Position numbers and translations under genes: made by a program
The notes under the pieces: model-generated
Database searches by the model: none
What the model was told of the DNA's origin: nothing
Seen by the model: the letters and a program-made list of their open reading frames with translations, nothing else
Shown here: positions 1 to 14,269 of the stretch, piece after piece
Position numbering within the stretch: the stretch's first letter is position 1
Layout: the number at the start of each line of letters is the position of its first letter
Source of the DNA: Octopus vulgaris
Lineage: Eukaryota
Length of the DNA stretch: 64,000 bases
Reading direction: 5' to 3'
Assembly: GCA_951406725.2 (NCBI GenBank)
Contig: OX597830.1
Span: 76,074,001 to 76,138,000 of the forward strand

Positions 1-169
1 AGTTGTGGTGAAAGAGTACAGCAGGGATCACCACCATTCCCTGCCGGAGCCTCGTGGAGCTTTTAGGTGTTTTCGCTCAATAAACACTCACAACGCCCGG
101 TCTGGGAATCGAAGCCGCGATCCCACGACCGCGAGTCCGCTGCCGTAACCACTGGGCCATTGCGCCTCC
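1..169 (-). mobile_element. tRNA-headed SINE family C, 5' half (cut by window edge)
   Basis: Near-identical to 30661-30829. The minus strand starts GGAGGCGCAATGGCCCAGTGGTT (A-box) with a B-box-like GCTTCGATTCC. Confidence 0.85.
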
Positions 170-235
170 GAACATAATAGTATCAGGCCGAAGAATTTAA
201 ATATTTAACTTTATAAATACGAGTGTAAAATTTAT

Positions 236-298
<63 letters not shown>

Positions 299-299
299 T

Positions 300-905
300 G
301 CTCACTTTCCCTCCTCTTTTCCCTTCACTGTGTCCTTGTCATTTTTTCGTGCCCCTCTTTAATTCTTCTGAACCTCTGCCTCTACCGCCCTCTCTCTTCT
401 TTCCCCACGTGACCGGTTCGGCCAAGGCAGATCTTTCTTTCTTGGTCGGCCATCGTCCGTGCAACATCTATATTCCTCCCTGTGCCTACCAAATCTTATG
501 TCCCTGCCAAATCTTATGTCCCTGACCTAAGGCTTTATTCCCACACACGCCAGCTTAATTTAATTCGTCCTTAGTCGAAAGACGCCCGTTGTTATGTCCT
601 GTTATTTGTATTTGTGTAATATTCTCCATTTTTTTTTCATTTTTGTGTTCGTATACATTCGCTTCTTTCTTCCAAGAAACCTAATGCTCTTAGCTTAGGT
701 TTTCCTTGGGGTTAGCCAGATTTGAGCAATCTCGAGTATAACCAACTGAAATTGCAAAGATAATCTGGAACTCGACTGAGGAAAGAAAACTCCGAATGAC
801 CCGTCTTTGTTTTCATTGTATCGTTTATCTGTGTGTTTTGTTGTCCCTATTTTGTATCGTCTAACTGCCTTGACCATTTGCGTTCTTGTCTTATTTTGTA
901 TCTTG
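300..905 (+). repeat. ~600 bp dispersed repeat (family F), possibly derived from a PLE terminal repeat
   Basis: Colinear with the reverse complement of 5200-5815 (GTGACCGGTT..TCTTTCTTTCTTGG, CCACACACGCCAGCT, TAATGCTCTTAGCT, AGCCAGATTTGA, GACTGA(G/A)GAAAGAA). Flanked by microsatellites. Confidence 0.65.
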
Positions 906-1013
<108 letters not shown>

Positions 1014-1014
1014 G

Positions 1015-1380
1015 GATCTTTTGTCACTTTAAATAAAACTCTTGAATCAATAGCACTGTGTAGAAACTCTATACTTGGAATGACCAATTTTAAATACTAT
1101 TGGATTTTAGCCACAAGCTACTAGAATCCTATATGTATACCATTCTGTCTAAATAATGGATCTACAAATGCAATATCCCTGCATATCCCACATCTATTTT
1201 CATTACTCCACTTCACTCTCTATTTCGTATCTTATTTAAATTATTGCATAACTATTTTATAACACCGTCTCCGATGAAGGGATATAATAATTATCCTGGA
1301 AACAGCTGTAAGACCTTCTATTTATAAATGTTCTAAAATCTTCACAGCCTTGTTTTTTTATCTCATTCTGAAAAAATATC
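1015..1380 (+). mobile_element. Penelope-like element 3' terminal fragment
   Basis: Lies between (GATA)n and (TA)n and contains a minimal hammerhead motif. A degenerate KTLESIAL..N stretch loosely resembles a GIY-YIG C-terminus. Confidence 0.5.
1267..1314 (+). ncRNA. minimal type I hammerhead ribozyme motif (U4C core variant)
   Basis: GTCT-CCGATGA-A-GGGATA..TATCCT-G-GAAAC-AGCT-GTA-AGAC: stem I GTCT/AGAC, stem II GGGATA/TATCCT, palindromic stem III ACAGCTGT, GUA triplet. Confidence 0.75.
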
Positions 1381-1424
<44 letters not shown>

Positions 1425-1715
1425 GTGTGTAAGTATATATGTATACATGTATGTATGTATTCACACACACACACACACACACCATTTAAGTGATTACAGG
1501 TTATAATCTTGACCCTGGGACCTCTCTCTTTCAATTCTTCTTTTGAGCCTATCTCGTTCAGAAATACTACGATTGCATGTGTATTTATATACGGATACAC
1601 ACTCATATAGGTGCTTGCATGTATACATACTTGTATGCATAATACGCATATCCATATATTATTGTGTGTTTGTGTATATATATACATATATATATATATA
1701 TATTTATATATACAC

Positions 1716-1756
<41 letters not shown>

Positions 1757-1850
1757 TATATACATATAAATATGTATATATAATATACATATATATGTAT
1801 ATATATATATACATATATATACATATATGTATATATATAATATATATATA

Positions 1851-1902
<52 letters not shown>

Positions 1903-2602
1903 CTATATAAATACATACATATACACACACATTTTATATACATATACATACACACATACACACACATATATACATACATATATGTGTGTGCGTGTATATT
2001 TACTCGACGCCGTATCATCCCCACCACGCACATTCACACACACACAGACACTCACACACACACACATACACACACAGACACACACACACATACACGCACA
2101 CACACCGATATCCATCACCATCATTTTGCCCGACACAAAAAAAAAATCCTTTATCTTTCCTCCTCCTCTCCCCCACTCTCTTTTCTCCTTACTTTTTCTC
2201 CTATACATTGTTGTTGTTGTTGTCTCCCTTTATCTCTCCTACCACGGCAAGTCGACATTTTGTAATAGTTACATCTTATTACATTCAATTAGGTATATCT
2301 ATACATGGCTCCCGCTAGTCTTTCATCTTGGTTCTTTATCAAATGTTAAATTCTTTCCATTATTTAAAGTTATTTTTCTAATGTTTAGCTTTTAGCTATT
2401 GTTACGCCCGTTGATGTCTGTATTTTTTGTTGGCTCTATCTAACTCCTTGTTGAACTTAGATTACATAGTAAAAAGCCATCTTTGATTAAAAGTAATCCC
2501 AGCTGTGACCATCCAAACTTTTATTTGTTTGTTTCTGAAGTTGTATCGGAAGGAGTACTTTTCCTTATTTAACGTAAAGATGTTGTGGCGATTGTTATAT
2601 TC

Positions 2603-3195
2603 CGGAAAAATGCTTAGCGGTATTTCGTCCGCCGATACGTTCTGAGTTCACATTCCGCCGAGGTCGACTTTGCCTTTCATCCTTTCGGGGTCGATTAAAT
2701 AAGTACCTATTTCTTTACTACCCACAAGGGGCTAAACACAGAGAGGACAAACAAGGACAGACAAACAGATTAAGTCGATTATATCGACCCCAGTGCGTAA
2801 CTGGTACTTAATTTATCGACCCCGAAAGGATGAAAGGCAAAGTCGACCTCGGCGGAATTTGAACTCAGAACGTAGCGGCAGACGAAATACGGCTACGCAT
2901 TTCGCCCGGCGTGCTAACGATTCAGCCAGCTCACCGCCTTCGATTAAATAAGTACCAGTTACGCACTGGGGTCAATGTAATCGACTTAATCTGTTTGTCT
3001 GTCCTTGTTTGTCCTCTCTGTGTTTAGCCCCTTGTGGGTAGTAAAGAAATAGTTATTTCGTCTGTCTTTACTTTCTGAGTCGACTTTGCCTTTCACCTTT
3101 GGAGTCGATAAATTAAGTACCAGCTACGTACTGGAGTTAATCTAATCGACTGACCCTTCCCCCAAAATTTCGAGCCATGTTTCAAAAGTAGAAAT
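2603..3195. mobile_element. nested cluster of tRNA-headed SINE family A (MetaSINE-like central domain)
   Basis: A plus copy is interrupted by a minus copy (2708-2939) flanked by a 17-bp duplication TCGATTAAATAAGTACC (2691-2707 and 2940-2956). B-box GAGTTCAAATTCC, body GTCGACTTTGCCTTTCATCCTTTCGGGGTCGAT. Confidence 0.9.
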
Positions 3196-3341
3196 AAATA
3201 TTCTTTTATTCTTTCACTTGTTTCAAGCATTTGACTGCGGCCATGCTGGAGAAGTGCCTTCACTATATGTGTAAGCTTTTTGCTTTTCTGCAGTTCTTCG
3301 CAGGGACATGCGATCGAGTAGATACTGCTTTGCTGCCATAA

Positions 3342-3406
<65 letters not shown>

Positions 3407-3446
3407 ACCCTTGACTAGCTAAAATATTGTAACATTTCTCTCCTCT

Positions 3447-3673
3447 GTGGCAGAATCGTTAGCATGTGGATCAAAAGGCAAAGCGGCATTTCGCCAGTCT
3501 TCATGCTCTGAGTTCAAATTCCTCCGGGGTCCACTTTGCCTTTCATCCTATCGGAGTCCATTAAAATAGGTAATAGTTGGGCACAGAAGTCGCTGTAATT
3601 GACTTACATCTCCATCGAAATTGCTGGCCTTGAGCCAAAATGTGAAACCAATGTTTCTCTCTCTCTCTCACTC

Positions 3674-3729
<56 letters not shown>

Positions 3730-3999
3730 GTAAAGAGAGAGAGAGAGAGATAACGTACTTGGAAGGGGATGCGTGGCGTTCAATCATATAATAATATAAA
3801 TAATATATATAAAAATATATTTATGAATATATACATACGTATATGTACATACTTATATCTATACGTATATAATCAAAATATGCAACAAGGATATCCAGAG
3901 GTAATGTTGTACGATTGTTTCAAGCGACTCCATTTAACTGAATAATGCAAGTACGAAGCACGATAGATGGAACATCAATTCTTTCGAACAACGAAAGAT

Positions 4000-4043
<44 letters not shown>

Positions 4044-4195
4044 GACGGCGAGTTGGCAGAATCATAAGTTCAAATTCCGCCGAGGTTGAATTTGTCTTTC
4101 ATCATTTCGTGGTGGATAAAATAAGTACCACTTGAGGACTGGGATCCATATACTCCACTTATCCCCTCCTCAAAATGCCTGGCAGTGTACCAAAA
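3447..4195 (+). mobile_element. two diverged SINE family A copies (3447-3650, 4045-4195)
   Basis: TGGCAGAATC head, GTTCAAATTCC B-box and TTTCATC..AATA(A/G)GTA body, separated by microsatellite DNA. Confidence 0.7.
3872..3950 (-). repeat. partial copy of the 6.4-kb fold-back element arm
   Basis: ATCAAAATATGCAACAAGGATATCCAGAGGTAAT..GTACGATTGTTTCAAGCGACTCCATTTAA matches 6426-6495 and holds only the 3' half of the hammerhead. Confidence 0.75.
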
Positions 4196-4854
4196 ATAAA
4201 AAAAAATGTTTCTCTCTTTCTCACATTTCTGTCTTCCTCTCACCTTTTCTGTCTCACATTTTTGATCTACATGTGTATATCTCTGCGCTTGCGCACACAC
4301 TAGCGCCAAAATGTACTGTTGTCTGCGTCAAAAGGAGCTTCGCCATATCGCTTCATTCTCTGCAATTAATCTTTACCAAATACATTCATTTAAGTTTTGT
4401 TCTATAATAGAAAGACTTTACGTTAATCTATGTACATGTTTCTTGTATAACCCCGTTAGTCATAACGAACGCTATTGCAAACTTATTCATCTAATGGTTT
4501 GATTATTACCCAGATAACAAGATATGAACCTAGTCCTCTTTTGTTTTGCTCCAAAAGACATTTTGCATGTTGTCAAGGATTGGTATGTTTGTATTGGTTT
4601 ACATTATTTAACGAAATTCAATTCTTTTACTATTAGTAATGAATAATACTTCTTTGTTAAATTTATGTCTATGATGGTCGCCAATGTTTGGTTTTTCAGT
4701 CACTGAAATATAATACAACTTTTGTTAATATGTAGTTCGTTTAGTTTGATGTGATTGCTATCGTAGTTGATATATGTTGGTATGAGGTCGTGCAGATTTC
4801 TGTGTAGTGGTATGGAAATGGATATGTATAAGTCTATGACACACACACACAGAA

Positions 4855-4908
<54 letters not shown>

Positions 4909-4926
4909 AAATACACACACAGATAT

Positions 4927-5091
4927 AGTTCAAATTTTCAGGAAGATAAGGACGATAAGATAGGTGAAGGAACAACAAGCAGGCGTATTGGTTTAACGCA
5001 CAGGAAGAATCGAAAAGTCTTTCACGTTTGGAAAAGTCTTTCACGAAATGATTGAGGGGAAAAATGGAGAAAGAACGAAAAAAAGAAACGG

Positions 5092-5092
<1 letters not shown>
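4927..5092 (-). repeat. short PLE-type terminal repeat fragment, same family as 45870-46042
   Basis: The reverse complement shares AAACGT(G/A)AAAGACTTT..AATAC(G/A)CCTGCTTGTT with 45941-46000. The hammerhead 5' half is replaced by a local duplication of GAAAAGTCTTTCACG. Confidence 0.55.
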
Positions 5093-5163
<71 letters not shown>

Positions 5164-5199
5164 CCCCAAAATAGAACAAGATCAGACGGCAATAAAACA

Positions 5200-5815
5200 T
5201 CCAGATAGATAGACGATACGAAGACTGAATCGAAGAAACAAAAAAATAAAGATGAATAGGACAAAATAAGGACAGGCCATTCGTGGCATTCTTTCTTCAG
5301 TCAAGTTTCCAGACTATTCTTATAGTTTTGGCCGGTTCCCATTGAGAATGTTCAAATCTGGCTGACCCAAAAATGTGAGCTAAGAGCATTAAATATTTTC
5401 GCTGAAAATGTTCTTCATTTACAAATACAAGCAACAAGAAAATAATAACAGTTATCTTTCGATTAATAGAGACGAATCAAGTTGAGCTGGCGTGTGTGGA
5501 GTGACAGCCTTGAAGCAGGAACATAGATGAACATCAGAGATTAACGTCAGGAGAAAGGAATAAGATATCTTCGTGTCTGGCAGTCGTGCCAAGAAAGAAA
5601 GACCATGCTTGATCGAAAACCGGTCACATAGTAGGAAAGGAGAGAGGTGGGGGACAGAGGGATTAAAGAATTAAGGGGAAGACAAGAATGAGAGAGAAAA
5701 TCAAATGGACATAGAGAAGGTACAAGGGAGATAAACGATGAAGAATAGGTAGATCAAAGACAGAGCAGGTGAAGAAATGTGAGAGAGGAGGAGCGAGAAA
5801 AAGAAAGAAGTAAAA
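5200..5815 (-). repeat. second copy of dispersed repeat family F
   Basis: Homologous to 300-905 in the opposite orientation. Confidence 0.65.
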
Positions 5816-5824
5816 GATTTATAT

Positions 5825-5881
<57 letters not shown>

Positions 5882-5975
5882 CAGATATATATATCTATAT
5901 AAACATATGCATATATAGATAGATATGTGTATATATGTATATATATATACATACACATATATACATACATATACA

Positions 5976-6066
<91 letters not shown>

Positions 6067-6067
6067 G

Positions 6068-6118
<51 letters not shown>

Positions 6119-6144
6119 AACATATACATATATGTATATATATA

Positions 6145-6183
<39 letters not shown>

Positions 6184-6318
6184 CATATATGTATATGTAT
6201 ATTTATGTATATATGTGTATGTATATATATATACATATATACACATATCTATCTATATATGCATATGTTTATATAGATATATATATCTGTATATACATAT
6301 ATATATATACATATATAT

Positions 6319-6360
<42 letters not shown>

Positions 6361-6458
6361 CTTCATATATATCTATATATACCCATATATACATATGTAT
6401 CTATATCTATACATATGTATATATGATCAAAATAAGCAACAAGGATATCCAGAGGTAA

Positions 6459-6544
6459 TACAGTACGATCGTTTCAAGCAACTCCATTTAATTGAACAAT
6501 TCAATCATTATGTCAATTTATATGCAGAGCAATCCTCAGCTGCA
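6459..6544 (-). ncRNA. hammerhead ribozyme motif, left arm of fold-back 1
   Basis: Minus strand TGCAG-CTGAGGA-(~57 nt stem II region)-GAAAC-GATC-GTA-CTGTA, palindromic stem III ACGATCGT. Confidence 0.7.
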
Positions 6545-6708
6545 TAAAGACATAGAATTTAATTAAGTAAAAACAGATGGACAGATTAGTATAATTTTGA
6601 AGTGAAGGCTGCATGTTCTTTGTCTATCTCCCTACCTTCTTGGAGATTTTAGGTAAAATTATACTAATGCACCCATCTGCTTTAATTTAATTAAATTCTA
6701 TATATCTA

Positions 6709-6766
6709 TGCAGCTGAGGATTGCATTGTTCAACTAAATGGAGTTGCTTGAAACGACCGTACTGCA
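6709..6766 (+). ncRNA. hammerhead ribozyme motif, right arm of fold-back 1
   Basis: TGCAG-CTGAGGA-TTGCA..TGCTT-GAAAC-GACC-GTA-CTGCA: perfect 5-bp stem I, canonical core, GUA triplet, weak stem II. Confidence 0.75.
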
Positions 6767-6880
6767 TTACTTCTCGATATCATTGTTGCTTATTTTGATG
6801 TTAATCACCTTATTTTGAAATTGTATGGATAATACCTTACTAAATTCTGGTGCCTCTACTTAAGTACCATATTCGTCTGA

Positions 6881-6938
<58 letters not shown>

Positions 6939-6957
6939 TAAATATATATATATATAC

Positions 6958-7018
<61 letters not shown>

Positions 7019-7099
7019 TATATATATATATATGTACGTATGCATGTGTGTATGTATGTATGTATGTATATCTATGTATGCATGTGTATATATACACAA

Positions 7100-7158
<59 letters not shown>

Positions 7159-7331
7159 CATATAGATATAGATATATGTATATGTAGGTACATATATATA
7201 TATACATATATATATATATAGATATAGATAGATAGATAGATACATACATACATAGGTAGATCGATAAATGCACGCCCTTACACAGACACACACACATGCA
7301 CAATCACGTATGCATATAAGTATATATATAT

Positions 7332-7382
<51 letters not shown>

Positions 7383-7408
7383 GGTAGAATGTCCAAGATA
7401 CTGACGCT

Positions 7409-7475
<67 letters not shown>

Positions 7476-8058
7476 TACAAATACAACTGTTATAAAGCAG
7501 AGAAACTCAAATCACTGCATGGATCTCTCGACATAATTTTTTTCCGGTTCAGATTCATTTTCTCACCAGACATCCTGATGCCAACCAAGGCTTTTACTGG
7601 CTCCACCATCCCATCATTTCTTTAAAATCAAGGCAGAACCAATGCATTACAATTTCCATCTGTTTACATTCGCTATTTATATCGATTGATGAAGAGTTTC
7701 CTTTTTACCAAGCATTCGCTTTACTTTCATTACATTTGTGTTTATTTTGTTAATAACCTTAATCATTCTATTCATAAATAGAACAAACTCTCTAAACTGA
7801 AAAAATACGGTCTCTTTTGTGAAGTTGCTTGTTTTCAGAATTTGTCCGGAGCGTGAACTATTTTCCACTTACATCCTCTTATATATTTGTTCTCATTTGT
7901 CACTCTTTGTCAATAACTCTCCCCCTCTCCCTCTCTCTCCCTCTCTCTCTGTCACTCTATCACTTTCTTTCTTTCTCTCTCTCTCCCTCTCTTTAAGCAT
8001 CCTTACATATATTTGCGCGTTTGGGATTTACACATATAGAGAGATCCCTCTATCCCAC

Positions 8059-8130
<72 letters not shown>

Positions 8131-8304
8131 CATATATATCAGGTTGAGTAAAAAGTAAGGAACGTTTAGAACCATGGAGAATTTGTACCGGATTTTGGCA
8201 GGATTTTGAAGTTTCATAATACGGATAATATAATATATATTTCTTTACTACCCACAAGGGGTTAAACACAGAGAGGGCAAACAAGGACAGACATAGGCGT
8301 AAGA

Positions 8305-8720
8305 GAGGTAAGTAGCTTGCTTACGAACCACATAGTTCCGGGTTCAGTCCCACTGCGTGGTACCTTGGGAAAGTGCCTTCTACTGTAGCCTCGAGCCGAC
8401 CAAAGCCTTGTGAGTGGATATGGTAGATGGAAACTGAAAGAAGCCCGTCGTATATATGTATATATATGTATGTGTGTGGCATCGAGAGTTACACAAATAT
8501 TAGATAAAATAAAAATAAAATAAAAATAAAATAAATACGTTTGTGTGTCTGTGTTTGACAACCGATGCTGGTGTGTTTACGTTCCCGTAACTTAGCAGTT
8601 CGGTAAAAGAGACCGACAGAATAAGTACTAGGCTTACAAAGAATAAGTCCTGAGGTCGATTTGCTCGACTAAAGGTGGTGCTCCAGCAAGGCCACAGTCA
8701 GATGACTGAAAAAAGAGATA
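8305..8720 (+). mobile_element. tRNA-headed SINE family B (CORE-like segment), slightly 5'-truncated
   Basis: GGTTCAGTCCC B-box, ACCTTGGG(C/A)AAGTG segment, internal TA/TG tract and tail GGTGGTGCTCCAGCA.GGCCACAGTCAGATGACTGAAA. A family A tail (minus, 8238-8300) precedes it. Confidence 0.85.
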
Positions 8721-8899
8721 GACATCGACTTGCCCAAAAGTATCAATAAATAAAACTGATATTTTTTTCACCGTTGTTACAATCATCTGATACCCGCTGC
8801 CGCCTTCGAAGTATATCAAATAATTCTTTCTACTATCCGTTTATTCTTTTATTTGTTTCAGTCATTAGATTGTGGTCATACTGGAGCACCGCCTTTTTA

Positions 8900-9620
8900 G
8901 TCAAACATACTTATTTTATCTACCTTGGAATGGATGAAAGACAAAGTCAACCTCGACGGCATTTGAACTTAAAACGTAACGACGAACAAAATGCCGCTAA
9001 GTATTTTGCCTGGCGTGCTAACAATTCTTTTCTACTCTACATTTTGGGGGAGGAGGCCAGTCGATTAGAACGACTCCAGTACGCAACTGGTACTTAATCT
9101 ATTGACCCCGAAATTATGAAGAGAAAAGTCGACCTCGGCGGAAATTAAACTCAGAACATAAAGACAGACGAAATACCTATTTCTTTACTACCCACAAGGG
9201 GCTAAACACAGAGAGGACAAACAAGGACAGACAGACGGATTAAGTCGATTATATCGACCCCAGTGCGTTACTGATAATTAATTTATCGACCCCGAAAGGA
9301 TGAAAGGCAGAGTCGACCTCGGCGGAATTTGAACTCAGAACGCAACGGCGGAAGAAATACCACAAAGCATTTCGCCCGGAGTGCTAACGTTTCTTATTTC
9401 TTTAATACCCACAAGGGGCTAAACAGAGAGGACGAACAAGGACAGATAAACGGATTAAGTCAATTATATCGACCCCAGTGCGTAACTGGTACTTATTTAA
9501 TCGACCCCGAAAAAATGAAAGGCAAAGTCGACCTCGGCGGAATTTGAACTCAGAACGTAACGGCAGACGAAATACCGCTTAGCATTTCGACCGGCGTGCT
9601 AACGTTTCTGCCAGCTCGCT
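8900..9620 (-). mobile_element. tandem or nested array of four SINE family A units
   Basis: Repeated (A/G)GTC(G/A)ACCTCG(G/A)CGG.ATT..AACT at ~8945, 9127, 9311 and 9526. Confidence 0.9.
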
Positions 9621-10164
9621 GTCTTTGACGTGTTTTTATAATAACCCTATTCACACACACACGCAGACTCGCACACACACGTGCGCGCGCGCAACAGAAC
9701 AGACACAACAAACCCACATATGCCCAAACCCTTAATATACAGACATATACACTTACTCTTATACATGTGTACATGTGTCTGGCTCGAACAGGCAATGTTA
9801 ACTAATACCAAAGACATAGATTATTTTGAAGGTTACACAAGGAATATTCGGTTTGATATATTTGTTTCCAAACGTGACCTTCACACAGGCAATTGTCAAT
9901 GAATAAAACCAAAATAAACAACGAAGAGGAGATAAGGGGAGGAGAATTCAAGTGTAAACTGAAATAACGCATTAAAGGTGGACTTTGCATGTGTACATAA
10001 ACATATACACACAGGCAAGCACATGCGCACTTGTATATATGAATATATGTATATACATATGTCTATATATATACCTATCTGTCTATGCATGTATATCTGT
10101 CCCTCTGTCTCTCTCCGTGTCTGTCTATCCATCTACCTACCTACCTGTCGGTTTGTTTGTCTGT

Positions 10165-10295
10165 AAGAAAGTTGACTTTGCTTTTCATCCTTTCGGAGTC
10201 GATAAATTAAGTACCAGTTGCGTGCTGGGGTCGATCTAATCGACTGCACCCTCCCCCAAAATTCCGGGCACTGTGTCTTGAATACAAAACATTAT
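10165..10295 (+). mobile_element. 5'-truncated SINE family A
   Basis: GTTGACTTTGCTTTTCATCCTTTCGGAGTCGATAAATTAAGTACCAGTT body plus short tail. Confidence 0.8.
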
Positions 10296-10797
10296 TTCAA
10301 GTGGAATGAATAAACCATAAAATGTCAGCGTGTATGAGAGGTGGATATATTTATATAACCACTTGATATCCGTAAGGTTACAGCCGTTTCGCAGCCTTCA
10401 TAATATAACGATAATTTCAGTGCATAGTAAATTGTTTTACATGTCTGTACTAATATGCATGATGCACATTGCACAGTATGATAGTACAATTACAAACCAA
10501 TGCAGGTATACTAGGCTAGCTCTTCAGATTGTTATAACACCATGATTGAATTATTAGATGTAACGATGATGTTCCGGTGATCTGAAGACTACCCTTCTAT
10601 GTCTGCAGAAATCAATTAGATAAGAAAAATTGGAATATATCAAAACGTTACGAAGACTTTCTGTTTGTACATACACACGCATATATATACGCATGTGTGT
10701 GTGTATATATATAAATATATGTATGTGTGTATGTGTACGTGTGTGTATATATATGTGTGTGTGTATATATATGCGTGTGTGTCTGTGTGTATATATA

Positions 10798-10837
<40 letters not shown>

Positions 10838-11019
10838 TAGTCAGTTGTACTCACCCACTAATGTGACAGCTGAATATTTATAGCTTTTAAAACGATGGGA
10901 TAATTTTACAATATATTATATCACGTTTTTGATAAACTCCCTAAACGTTTTAGAACCGCAGGCTCTGGGTAGCGCACTCATATACACATAAATGTATATA
11001 TGCATGTAAGTATATATAC

Positions 11020-11078
<59 letters not shown>

Positions 11079-11081
11079 TGT

Positions 11082-11146
<65 letters not shown>

Positions 11147-11161
11147 TGTATACATATATAC

Positions 11162-11208
<47 letters not shown>

Positions 11209-11213
<5 letters not shown>

Positions 11214-11469
11214 TCCCTAAATGCCTGAGAGACTTACATGGTGTGGATGTGGGTTTATTTAAAACTAAACTGGGTCTCTTCTTGTCGGGAGTCCCAGATG
11301 AACCTACCTCACGACAGGAGACCCAGATGCGGGCAGCAGCATCGAACTCCCTTGTTGATCAAGTGCCACGTATCAGAGGTGTATTCAGATATTAGTGTAG
11401 CTCATTCAGCGGTGGTGCCCCAGCATGGCCGCGGCCTTCAGGCTAAAACATTTTAAAGGATTTTTAACG

Positions 11470-11473
<4 letters not shown>
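11209..11473 (+). mobile_element. CR1-group LINE 3' end fragment
   Basis: Translates [40 protein letters not shown], same family as 26729-27145. 3' UTR GGTGGTGCCCCAGCATGGCC. Inserted in (TA)n. Confidence 0.85.
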
Positions 11474-11514
<41 letters not shown>

Positions 11515-11683
11515 GATATATAGGCATGCGTGTGTACAAATATATACATATGCGAAGTTACACATAAAGCTACACAAGCATATTGAATATCAAATGCAAA
11601 TTTTATTAGTACTAAATCGTATACATTTTTCATGTTTATATTGCCTTAATGAATGTCTGTGTTCATGTATGCATAAATATGCT

Positions 11684-11796
<113 letters not shown>

Positions 11797-11976
11797 AAAG
11801 ATAGATATAAACAAACATATTTACATATATAATAGATATATAAATATATTTATAAATGTATTTATTCTTATCTGAATATACATATCTATACTTTTATATA
11901 TTTGAATCTATGTTTGTTTGTTTGTGTGTGTGTGTAAATATATGTGTGTTTATATGAGTATGTCTAAATATATAAG

Positions 11977-12051
<75 letters not shown>

Positions 12052-13487
12052 TGTATGTATGTATATGGGTATATGCTTATATACATGTGTGTGTGTGTAG
12101 ATCATCAGGTTTATGTGATAGGATCGTATCTGAGTCAAGTTCAACTTAAGTGAATGTAATTTGATTTTAAGTCTTTTTGTTTTTTTTTCTAACATAAGCG
12201 ATGAATAGGAAAAAAATATCTTTTGAAAATTATATGAATTTATATGTAGTTATTGAAACTAATTAATAAGTCATTAATATATATTAATAGAACGTAGTTA
12301 TAGCAATTAATTCAATTTTAATATATTTTCTCCCTTCTTTTTGTTAACATATTAATATATGTTTGAAATATATATTCATTTTATGACTGATTTATAGCAA
12401 GGAAGTCGTAGCTCTCATAAAGCTATTAAATGAGAGCATTATAAATTGACTTCTATGTGCCTTTGGGTATCATAAAATTAACGTAGAGCAGTTTTATTGG
12501 TAACGGTCTTTTATGTGTGTCCTTGATATGATTGAAATAGCAGCTAATTTTTTCAACGTCGCATAAGTTCCTTCCTTGCTTGCACCAATCATGATGTCGA
12601 AAGACTCCTGGGAACTTTTCCAGCCTTTACCAATTGTGTCCATGAACACATAGGTACTTCTCCATTGCTTTCTCTTGTGTATGTTTCACAAGAAACCATG
12701 GGCATTGCCCTGGTGAACGGTCTGGTCTGGTATCCTTTGTCAAGATCTTTAAACGTGTCACCTGTTTCTCTTCCCAGGCTCCTCGTTTCTCTGTAGAGCC
12801 TCCTATTAGTTACAATTTTATTCTAAGATCTTCGTTCTTTACTATGCTGCTCTCTCGACAAATCATTATCATCATCTTATTTTCCTCCGAACTATGACTT
12901 CAGATCCTTAAGGTTTCTGACAATCAAAATTGTTGGACTTGTAGTCGCTTCTTCTTGCGTTCTTAACTAGTTGCTTACGCTGCAGTTGAGTTGTCACAAG
13001 ACATTTCGGGACAAAATTGTTTAAAAACGAAAATTTCGTAAAGTACATTTGAAAAAGTACAACCAAGAAAGAAAGAAAGAAAGACAGAAAGAAAGAAGGA
13101 AAGAAAGAAGGCTAGAGGAATAATATCAAATCTAACATTTGATCTGGTACAAATATCGGATACATTTCTTTCCCTTTCATACTTTAGGATTTATACTTGA
13201 TCCCTAAACCGTCATAGGGGTAAAATTTTTATCCCGGTGAGATGCGAATTCACAGAGTGTGGAGATCTGTAACAAATACTATAAAGTATTCAATTATATG
13301 ATATACATATGTGAATACATACATATATTTATATGTGTGTGTGTATAATGTATATAAATATATGTACATATAAGAGTATCTTCAAAATCCCATTACTGTA
13401 AAAAGTAGACGGTATGAATGTATTTATACATAAATTTCTAATGCCATACAATAGTTAATGGCTGTTCAATTGATGCTTTCTAATAGT

Positions 13488-14162
13488 CCTTTCTATTATA
13501 GGCACAAGGCCTGAAATTTAGGGGGAAGGATCCAGTCGATTATATCGACCTCAGTACGCAATTGGTACTTGATTTATCGACCTCGAAAGGATAAAAGGCA
13601 AAGTCGATCTCGCCTGAATTCGAACTCAGAACGTAGCGGTAGACGAAATACTGCTAAGCATTTTGCCCTGGCGTGCTAACGATTCTGTCAGCTCGCAGCC
13701 TTATTGATACTTGCTATATTGGAGATTGTTCTATTAATATAATTAATCAACGAAGGTGGCGAGCTGGCCGAAAGGTTAGCATGCCGGGCAAAATGCGTAG
13801 CCGTATTTCGTGTGCCGTTACATTCTGAGTTCAAATTCACAACTGGTAATTAATTTATCGACCCCGAAAGCATGAAAGGAAAAGTCGTCCTCGGCAGAAT
13901 TTAAACTCAGAACGTAACGGCAGACAAAATACCTATTTCTTTACTGTCCACAAGGGGCTACGCACAGAGGGGACAAACAAGGACAGACAGACGGATTAAG
14001 TCGATTATATCGACACAAGTGCGTAACTGGTACTTATTTAATCGACCCCGAAAGGACGAAAGGCAAAGTCGACATCGGCGGAATTTGAACTCAGAACGCA
14101 GACGAAATACCGCTGAGCATTTTGCCTGGTGTGCTAACGTTTCTGCCAGCTCGCCGCCTTTT
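13488..14162. mobile_element. SINE family A cluster (minus 13488-13705, plus head 13752-13840, minus dimer 13840-14162)
   Basis: Family A head, B-box and body motifs occur in both orientations. Confidence 0.85.
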
Positions 14163-14269
14163 TGTATTGAAATATTAACTATAGAAAATTTATTTCAGAA
14201 TGTGAAAAGCATGGTGATATAACCTATAATATTGGAGCATTTTTCTTTCATCCACTATATATATATTCT

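Larger units (their letters stand above)
6426..6799. mobile_element. fold-back element 1 (inverted PLE-type terminal repeats) with a hammerhead in each arm
   Basis: Arms 6426-6598 and 6655-6799 are imperfect reverse complements (ATCAAAATAAGCAACAA / TTGTTGCTTATTTTGAT) with a ~56 nt spacer, set in TA-rich microsatellite. Confidence 0.85.
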
